Shown piece by piece: positions 16,935 through 23,647 of a stretch of 32,000 bases of DNA. Origin of the DNA: Nitrosomonas europaea (GTDB lineage Bacteria > Pseudomonadota > Gammaproteobacteria > Burkholderiales > Nitrosomonadaceae); the NCBI RefSeq assembly GCF_900167395.1, contig NZ_FUWK01000031.1:1-32000 (forward strand), given 5' to 3'. The notes under the pieces were generated by a model. That model did not search any database, had not been told where the DNA came from, and saw only the letters and a program-made list of their open reading frames with translations. Each line of letters begins with the position of its first letter. Position 1 is the first letter of the stretch. The translations under genes and the position numbers were made by a program.

Positions 16935-17004
16935 GTAATCAATTGTGTTGTGTATTGCAGCCGATTCTGCATGAATCATGTGGAGCTTCATTTGTACGGC
17001 GAGG

Positions 17005-17021
17005 TGCGACAATTTGTCGCA
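17005..17021 (+). promoter_or_regulatory. 17-bp perfect palindromic operator TGCGACAA-T-TTGTCGCA (copy 1 of 3)
   Basis: Perfect 8-1-8 dyad immediately followed by TTTCCA (17022-27), a 17-nt spacer and TATTCT (17045-50). It ends 48 nt before the propeller gene ATG at 17070. Confidence 0.6.
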
Positions 17022-17069
17022 TTTCCATCCTTTTTGGAATCGGTTATTCTCCGAATTTTTGCGTGAACC

Positions 17070-18311
17070 ATGAAGAAGTCGACCTATTCTTTCCCCACGC
17101 TGGCCGGATTCTTTCTCACACTCGCTTCTGTGGTTGCAATCGCAGCCGGGCCAGGTACCGGCGACCCAACTCAGCAACCGTCTGTCATGCAAGCCTCAAA
17201 GTCCCCAAAGACCGCACTTGCGGTGGGAGTAACACTGGATCAGGAAGGGCAGTTGTGGCTGGCAAAAGTGATTGATCAGCGCTTGCTGGTTTCCAGATCA
17301 GAAGACGATGGCAAGCATTTTTCCGAATCAGTGACGGTTACTCCTGTGCCGGAAAACATAGGCAATGATGGCGAAAATCGTCCCAAGATCCAGGTGGCAC
17401 GTGATGGCACCGTGCTGGTCACCTGGACGGAGCTGCTGGCGGAAAAATATGCCGGAAATATAAAGTTCTCGCGTTCGACCGATTCAGGTCGGACGTTCTC
17501 AGAGCCAATCGTTCTGAACGATGATGGCCGTGTGACCAGTCACCGCTTCGATTCCCTGGCAATCGACGGAAAAGGAAGGGTGGTGGTGGCCTGGCTGGAT
17601 GCCAGAGATCGTGATGCAGCGAGGGAAAAAGGGGAGGAGTTCAAGGGGGTCTCACTCTACAGCAGTCAGTCGTTCGACAATGGCGCGCACTTTGAGCCAA
17701 ACCGGCAAATTCATCAGCATACCTGCGAATGCTGCCGGACTGCGCTTACCTGGACCAGCGAGGGGCCGGTCGTGCTGCTGCGAAATATTTTCGGCACCAA
17801 TACCCGTGATTTTGCCGTGGCCAGCCTGGATAAAGTGGAAGAAGGTGTCAGAAGAGTCACCCGCGATGAGTGGCAGATCGACGCCTGCCCGCACAACGGT
17901 GGCAGTCTTGCGACAGATGGCAGGGGGCAATTGCATCTGACCTGGTTCACCAGCGGCACCGCTGCACAGGGGCAGTTCTATAAACGGATCAGCGGCAACC
18001 AGGAATCGGAACCCATGGCGCTGGGTGATATGGATGCGCAGCCCAACCATGCTGCAGTGGTGGCGCATGGTGAAACCGTCATCCTCACCTGGCGCGAATT
18101 TGACGGAAACGTGTATTCCGCAAAGATGATGTTTTCGAATGACGGTGGCGAAACCTGGAGTGAGCCATGGCGCCTGATGTTGTCTGCCGGCGCAAACGAT
18201 TACCCGGTACCACTCATCAGTGACAGTAAAGCTCTGGTTGTATGGAATACCGAAAATGAGGGTTTGCGGGTTTTGTCCGTTGAAAGAGTCATCAACCGAT
18301 CCGACGGCTGA
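17070..18311 (+). CDS. secreted BNR/Asp-box repeat beta-propeller (sialidase-fold-like) protein with a conserved CxCC...CPH motif
   Basis: Signal peptide MKKSTYSFPTLAGFFLTLASVVAIAA. Asp-box motifs SEDDGKHF, STDSGRTF, SFDNGAHF, SNDGGETW. HTCECCR and DACPHNGG are conserved in the paralog at 28146-29384. Confidence 0.8.
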   Translation: MKKSTYSFPTLAGFFLTLASVVAIAAGPGTGDPTQQPSVMQASKSPKTALAVGVTLDQEGQLWLAKVIDQRLLVSRSEDDGKHFSESVTVTPVPENIGNDGENRPKIQVARDGTVLVTWTELLAEKYAGNIKFSRSTDSGRTFSEPIVLNDDGRVTSHRFDSLAIDGKGRVVVAWLDARDRDAAREKGEEFKGVSLYSSQSFDNGAHFEPNRQIHQHTCECCRTALTWTSEGPVVLLRNIFGTNTRDFAVASLDKVEEGVRRVTRDEWQIDACPHNGGSLATDGRGQLHLTWFTSGTAAQGQFYKRISGNQESEPMALGDMDAQPNHAAVVAHGETVILTWREFDGNVYSAKMMFSNDGGETWSEPWRLMLSAGANDYPVPLISDSKALVVWNTENEGLRVLSVERVINRSDG

Positions 18312-18419
18312 GAATCTTTAAAACAATAATAAGCAGCAGGCGGCTTATGACATGGATCGCAATGGCATCAGGCGCTGCTGCAAATACTAATTACCAATAA
18401 AAATCGAAAGGATCAGACC

Positions 18420-20972
18420 ATGAAGCAGTTCCCTCTGGCACTGATTGGCCTGCTTTGCGCCTCATCAGCCTGGGCAGCTCAAGATGTCGAACAACAGAAA
18501 CAGTTTTCCCGCAAAAATCTTTCAACACAGGCAGACAACAGTTCAGACGGAATCCGGGTATCAGGCGCAAACGGGGAGCACGCAGGGGAGCAGTTGGCGC
18601 AAGCGGCGGACGAACAGGTGCAAACCGGTAAATCGAGCAATAGTGACAACCTGAATGAACAGAAAGAGAAGGATAGTGGTGAGCCGGCTGGCCAGAATGA
18701 AACTGTTTTCAGGGAAATGGTAATTACAGGTGAAATAGAGCGGGATTCGCACTTTACTTCGCCTTCGATGCGCGTAACCCGGGCGCAGGTCGAACAGCAG
18801 AATGCGCAAACTACCGAAGAAGTGCTCAAATACATGCCCAGCCTGCAAATACGTCAGCGCTACGTGGGCGATCCGAATGGTGTGTTGGGGATTCGCGGAG
18901 CCGATATGTTTTCAACTGCGCGCAGCATGGTTTATGCCGATGGTCTGCCGTTGCACAACTTTCTGCAGGCTTCTTTCAATGGTGCGCCGCGCTGGTCGCT
19001 GGTCGGTCCTAACGAAATCGACTCGGTTGATGTCGTTTATGGCCCTTTCTCGGCCGAGTACAGCGGCAACTCGATAGGGGGCGTTGCCAATATCAGAACG
19101 CGCATGCCGCACAAGCAGGAATTTTACTTTGAAGGCAGCCTGTTCATTCAGCCCTACAAGAATTACGGGGAGGATAAAGGAACATTCATTGGTGACCGGC
19201 AGTATTTTTCCTACGGCAACAGGATTCAGGACAAGTTTACGGTGTTCCTGGCTTACAACCGGCTGGAGGCTCAGGGTCAGCCAATGTCTTATTTTATTGA
19301 TAATACCGGGTTGTCCAACGTGCCTGGAGGAACACCGGTGACGGGGGGTATCAGGACACCGGATACGCGCGGTACACCCAGTATCATTTATGGTGATACC
19401 GGTCCCGAAAAAGTGAATACTCACTTGTTCAAGGGTAAATTCGGGTACGACATCACTTCCGATCTGCAGGCGTTGTTTACCGTGGCGTATGAAGAGCGTA
19501 CCCGCAACCAGAACCATCCGAGCAACTACCTGTATACGGCGAACGGGGATTATTTCTGGGGAGGGAATGCGCCTACCTGTAATTCGGTTGCCACCTGTTC
19601 GACTCCGGGTAATGCTTCTCTGGATGGCACACGCTTCGATGTGGTGCGCAGTGGTTTCGGTGAAAGTCGTGACAAGCGTGAGACGCTGAATCTGGGTTTG
19701 TCGCTGCGCGGTGCGCTGACGCCCGACTGGGATGTCGATACCACATTCAGCTATTTCGATGTGTTGAAGGATATTCGTGCGACGGCGTTTTTCAATCATG
19801 CCGATCCGGGCAATACCGGTGCCGGGCAATTGCAGGATTTCCGCAAATTCAACTGGTGGAATTACGATCTCAAGCTGAGTACGCCCATGCTGCTGGGTTA
19901 CGACAAACTGTCGTTTCTGGCCGGATACCATTTTGACCAGTACAACCTCAGTTTCCGGCAATATAGCCTGACCAGTTATGAAGATCTGACCCGGGGTGCA
20001 TTGCAGGCCAACCGCAATAATGATGGCCGCACATCGACTCATGCGATCTTTGCCCAATCCATGTTCCGCTTCATGCCGGACTGGGATATTACCGCCGGTG
20101 TGCGTCAGGAATGGTGGGAAGCAAGCAAGGGAGTCGCCTCCAATGTGGCCGTGCCCGATCGCACCGAAACAGCCACTTCTCCGAAGGTTTCACTGGGGTA
20201 TGAGCCTGGACAGTGGAAATTCCGCTATTCCTTCGGGCGTGCGCACCGTTTCCCGGTGATTGCAGAGCTTTTTCAGTCACTTGGTACACCTACCAGTATT
20301 CTGGTTGCGAATGCGACGCTCAAACCTGAAAATGGCGTGCATCATAATTTTATGATGGAGTACGGGTTACCGAAGGGTTATGTTCGTGTCAACGTATTTC
20401 GGGATGACATCAAGGACGCCATCCGCCAGATCACTTCCGCCTCGGGAGCACTTACAACCAGCGCTTTCCAGAATATCGGTGAAGTTGGTACAACCGGTGT
20501 GGAGCTGATCTTCGAACAGCGAAATATTCTGGGCTCACGGTTCGATTTTATGTTCAACGGTACCTGGATGAACTCAAAAGTGGAAGACGGGCCGGTCGTG
20601 AGATTTACCGAATCAACCGGCGTGCCTGCCAACTACAGTCTGACCGGGAAACAGGTCATTCGTCTGCCACACTGGCGAGTCAATGTTTTCGGTACTTACC
20701 ATGTGACGGATGCCTGGGATGTTTCCCTGTCCGGCCGCTATACCAGCGATTCCTATAATGATCCTGATAACAGGGACTATAAGAACAACGTATTCGGTGC
20801 CCAGAGCGATTTCTTCTTCATGGATTTCAAGACCAGCTACCGGTATCGGTTCAACAACGGGCTGAAAAGCCGATTCTCATTCGGTATCAGCAACCTCAAC
20901 AACGACAAGGCCTGGGTATTTCATCCCTATCCGCAGCGTACCTATCTGCTCGAAGCTGCGTTCAGTTATTGA
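18420..20972 (+). CDS. TonB-dependent outer-membrane receptor with a long low-complexity N-terminal extension
   Basis: 850 aa. Signal peptide ending SSAWA. About 75 aa of Q/E/N/S/G-rich sequence, then plug motifs (VLKYMPSLQIRQR, GIRGA, VYADGLPL, VDVVYGPFSAEYSGNSIGGV) and a barrel ending AAFSY. Confidence 0.9.
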   Translation: MKQFPLALIGLLCASSAWAAQDVEQQKQFSRKNLSTQADNSSDGIRVSGANGEHAGEQLAQAADEQVQTGKSSNSDNLNEQKEKDSGEPAGQNETVFREMVITGEIERDSHFTSPSMRVTRAQVEQQNAQTTEEVLKYMPSLQIRQRYVGDPNGVLGIRGADMFSTARSMVYADGLPLHNFLQASFNGAPRWSLVGPNEIDSVDVVYGPFSAEYSGNSIGGVANIRTRMPHKQEFYFEGSLFIQPYKNYGEDKGTFIGDRQYFSYGNRIQDKFTVFLAYNRLEAQGQPMSYFIDNTGLSNVPGGTPVTGGIRTPDTRGTPSIIYGDTGPEKVNTHLFKGKFGYDITSDLQALFTVAYEERTRNQNHPSNYLYTANGDYFWGGNAPTCNSVATCSTPGNASLDGTRFDVVRSGFGESRDKRETLNLGLSLRGALTPDWDVDTTFSYFDVLKDIRATAFFNHADPGNTGAGQLQDFRKFNWWNYDLKLSTPMLLGYDKLSFLAGYHFDQYNLSFRQYSLTSYEDLTRGALQANRNNDGRTSTHAIFAQSMFRFMPDWDITAGVRQEWWEASKGVASNVAVPDRTETATSPKVSLGYEPGQWKFRYSFGRAHRFPVIAELFQSLGTPTSILVANATLKPENGVHHNFMMEYGLPKGYVRVNVFRDDIKDAIRQITSASGALTTSAFQNIGEVGTTGVELIFEQRNILGSRFDFMFNGTWMNSKVEDGPVVRFTESTGVPANYSLTGKQVIRLPHWRVNVFGTYHVTDAWDVSLSGRYTSDSYNDPDNRDYKNNVFGAQSDFFFMDFKTSYRYRFNNGLKSRFSFGISNLNNDKAWVFHPYPQRTYLLEAAFSY

Positions 20973-21184
20973 AGTACAGGTGTTTTTCTGCCCGATTATG
21001 TGATCTGAAACATCAGTAAAAATATCTGCAGAGTGTGCTTACGTAATTGAAGCTACCGAGCTGTTAATGTGGGTTCGGTAGGATGAGGTTAAAGTATTGT
21101 GTTCGTGATGCTATGATGAGCCGACCCGATGCCGAAGAAAACCCCCGAGGTGGCGTCGGGTCTGCTGGTTTCAGGAGGAAACAC

Positions 21185-21463
21185 ATGAATCGCGATCGGG
21201 TTTTGGCAGTATTGCGCCATAGTAAACCTATGTTGGCCAGTCGGTACGGTGTTCGTCGTTTGGCTTTGTTCGGCTCCACAGCACGTGATGACAGTGATGT
21301 TGATGTGCTGATGGTATTCGATGGTGTGGCAAGTGCAGCGCGTTATTTTGGCGTTCAGTTCCACCTGGAAGATGCATTGGGTTGCTCGGTAGATTTGGTA
21401 TCCGAGAAGGCGCTGCGGCCGGAGCTGCGTCCTTTCATCGAAAAAGAAGCGGTTTATGTTTGA
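21185..21463 (+). CDS. mntA: MntA-type nucleotidyltransferase (antitoxin of a HepT/MntA type VII TA pair)
   Basis: 92 aa. AGGAGGA SD. LALFGSTARDDSDVDVLMVFD (GS...DxD nucleotidyltransferase motif) and a C-terminal VDLVSEKALRPELRPFIEKEAVYV. ATGTTTGA start/stop overlap with the downstream DUF86 frame. Confidence 0.85.
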   Translation: MNRDRVLAVLRHSKPMLASRYGVRRLALFGSTARDDSDVDVLMVFDGVASAARYFGVQFHLEDALGCSVDLVSEKALRPELRPFIEKEAVYV

Positions 21464-21794
21464 GTTGGCCCGCGAGTGGCGTTTTTACCTGACTGACATG
21501 ATCAGTTTCGCCGAGAAGGTGCAGATTACTCGACCAGATACGCTTTGAAGCCAGTGGCCTGAATTACGACACTACGCTGCGCAATCTCGAATTGATCGGC
21601 GAGGCAGCGACCCATATTCCGGATGATATCCGGTCGGTACTCCCGATATTCCTTGGCGTATGATTATTGCTACGCGCAATCGGCTGATACACGGTTATCT
21701 CGGTATCGATAACGATACGATCTGGAGCATCATTCAGGATGAGATTCCCAAACTCTTGCGACAATTGACTGCCATGCTGGAGTCAATCAGATAA
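21456..21794 (+). pseudogene. hepT: HepT (DUF86/HEPN) toxin gene disrupted by two frameshifts
   Basis: Three consecutive frames carry the family sequence. (1) MFELAREWRFYLTDMISFAEKVQ, stop at 21546-48. (2) FEASGLNYDTTLRNLELIGEAATHIPDDIR, followed by a stop. (3) PWRMIIATRNRLIHGYLGIDNDTIWSIIQDEIPKLLRQLTAMLESIR, stop at 21792-94. The HEPN RxxxxH motif (RNRLIH) is still recognisable. Confidence 0.75.
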
Positions 21795-21981
21795 TCCTCT
21801 CCACCATAAAATCAACAAATCGAAATAGATCTCCCGTTTTTGTACTTTGAAGTGGAGGCCGAGTTTCAGTAAGGCAGCCTGTTAAAATAGGTATTAACAA
21901 CCTCCTGAAACTGTATCCTGATTCGTCCGGTTTCAGGCAGGCGCCGGTTTTTGACGTAAATAACATTCAAAGATATCAATC

Positions 21982-23286
21982 ATGACAGCTCAGCGGTATG
22001 TACGAGATTTGCTGAATTTCATCGACCAGAGTCCCAGTCCGTGGCATGCGGTGGCTACAATCGAGGCAACGCTCAGGGAATTTCGGTTCATCCGGCTGGA
22101 AGAAACAGACAAGTGGGCGTTGCAGGCGGGTGGACGGTACTATGTAGTACGGGATGATTCCTCCATTGTTTTGTTTATCCTGGGGAGCAAGGCACCTGCC
22201 GAATCGGGTTTCAGGATTGTCGGGGCGCATACCGACTCGCCCGGGTTGCGGATCAGGCCGAACGGGGTAAGCGCCAGCGATGGATTGGCCCGGCTCAAGG
22301 TCGAAATTTATGGCGGGCCGATTCTGGCGACGTTTACTGACCGGGATCTGAGCCTGGCCGGGCGCATCAGTTATACCGATGACGGTGGACAGGTTGCGCA
22401 CAAACGGATTTGTTTTGATCAGCCTCTGCTGCGTTTGCCGAATCTGGCGATTCATATGAACCGGGGAGTCAATGAGGACGGGCTGAAGCTGCATAAACAG
22501 AATGAGTTGCCGCTGTTGTTTGCACAACTGACCGACGATCAGTTGCCACAGCCTTATTTTCTGGCGTTGCTGGAACAGAAGGCCGGTATCCCCGCCACAC
22601 AAATCCTGTCCTGGGATCTCGCGGTTTATGACACCCAGAAAGGGACACTCTGGGGAGCAAATCAGGAGTTTTACACCAACAGTCAGATCGATAATCTGGC
22701 CAGTTGCCATGCCGGACTGCAGGCGGTACTGGACGATACCATTCTGGATCATGCCGAAAGTACGCTGGTATGCGCATTTTTCGATCATGAAGAAATCGGT
22801 AGTGAAAGTCATATTGGTGCCGGAGGCAGTTTCCTGTCCGATGTATTGCAACGCATCAATCTGGCGGTCTCACGAGATCCGGAGGATGGTGCGCGTGCGT
22901 TTGCCCGCAGTTTTCTGATCAGTGCAGATATGGCGCATGCCTATCATCCCAACTTTCCTTCATCCTACGATGCGGATCATAAAGTCTTCGTGAACCGGGG
23001 TCCGGTCATCAAATTCAACGCCAACCGTCGCTATAGCTCCGAAAGTATTTCTGCTGCGCATTTCATGCGCTGGTGTGAAGCAGCCGGTGTACCTTACCAG
23101 CGTTATTCACACCGCTCCGATCTACCCTGCGGGAGTACCATCGGGCCGATTGCTTCGGCAAAGCTCGGCATACGCAGTATCGATATCGGCTGCCCGATGT
23201 GGGCGATGCACAGTATCCGGGAAAGCGCCGGTGTTCAGGACCATGAGTACATCATCAAGGCACTGAAGCAGTTTTTCAGTAGCTGA
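21982..23286 (+). CDS. apeB: M18 family aminopeptidase (aspartyl aminopeptidase-like)
   Basis: 434 aa. N-terminal LLNFIDQSPSPWHAV, then IVGAHTDSPGLRIRP, FFDHEEIGS and ISADMAHAYHPN, which are characteristic M18 metal-ligand blocks. Confidence 0.9.
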   Translation: MTAQRYVRDLLNFIDQSPSPWHAVATIEATLREFRFIRLEETDKWALQAGGRYYVVRDDSSIVLFILGSKAPAESGFRIVGAHTDSPGLRIRPNGVSASDGLARLKVEIYGGPILATFTDRDLSLAGRISYTDDGGQVAHKRICFDQPLLRLPNLAIHMNRGVNEDGLKLHKQNELPLLFAQLTDDQLPQPYFLALLEQKAGIPATQILSWDLAVYDTQKGTLWGANQEFYTNSQIDNLASCHAGLQAVLDDTILDHAESTLVCAFFDHEEIGSESHIGAGGSFLSDVLQRINLAVSRDPEDGARAFARSFLISADMAHAYHPNFPSSYDADHKVFVNRGPVIKFNANRRYSSESISAAHFMRWCEAAGVPYQRYSHRSDLPCGSTIGPIASAKLGIRSIDIGCPMWAMHSIRESAGVQDHEYIIKALKQFFSS

Positions 23287-23447
23287 GAAACTTCTGAAAA
23301 ACTACCTGCGTTGCCATTTTTGCGTTAAAAATCGGTATCAAAATGCTCATTTATTATATATAAACTCCGCTTTTTCGCCGATTTTTGCCTTGAACTGACT
23401 ACCTCGCCGACGTTTTTCAGAGGTTCCCTGAAACCTCTGATTAAATC
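23287..23447. repeat. MITE/REP-like element related to 6449-6718
   Basis: GAAACTTCTGAAAAAC (23287-23302) against GTTTTTCAGAGGTTCC (23412-23427) matches 14/16 as an inverted repeat. The terminal CTCTGATTAAATC (23435-23447) is the exact reverse complement of GATTTAATCAGAG (6701-6713). CGATTTTTGCC resembles CGATTTTGCC at 6672-6681. Confidence 0.4.
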
Positions 23448-23486
23448 AATACTTCAAAATGCGTTTTATCCGCTGTTAGCCGGTGA

Positions 23487-23503
23487 TGCGACAATTTGTC
23501 ACA
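23487..23503 (+). promoter_or_regulatory. 17-bp palindromic operator (copy 2 of 3; one mismatch, TGCGACAATTTGTCACA)
   Basis: Immediately followed by TTGTTA (23504-09), a 17-nt spacer and TATGAT (23527-32), upstream of the TBDR gene. Confidence 0.6.
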
Positions 23504-23647
23504 TTGTTATGCCCTTTCTCCCGCTTTATGATGGGTGCCCTGCAGTAACTGCAATCACTTTAAGGGTTTCATAACAGGGATAAAAACATGAAGGGAACAA
23601 AAAGGTTTGAGCAATCGCGACAACATCTGCTCAAGGCTGGGGATGCC

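Noticed and set aside
18912-20057. 381-aa minus-strand ORF inside the 850-aa TBDR gene
   Set aside because: Antisense shadow of a confidently identified receptor. The Arg/Gln/Ile-rich composition is typical of reverse-frame translation.
21757-21767. TGCGACAATTG inside the HepT pseudogene, matching the left arm and centre of the 17-bp operator
   Set aside because: There is no matching right arm and it lies inside coding sequence, so it is a likely chance half-site. The isolated TGTCGCA at about 6611 is rejected for the same reason.
21976-22851. 291-aa minus-strand ORF opposite the M18 aminopeptidase gene
   Set aside because: The forward strand has unmistakable M18 motifs. The reverse ORF is a shadow.
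23504-23587. The conserved ~85-nt leader shared by the two tandem TBDR genes, considered as a possible riboswitch (for example cobalamin)
   Set aside because: It is too short for known TBDR-associated riboswitches and has no B12-box-like GCCACTG core. Only one copy forms a convincing hairpin (CTGCCA...TGGCAG at 25879-25899). Conservation is better explained by the duplicated promoter and 5' UTR.
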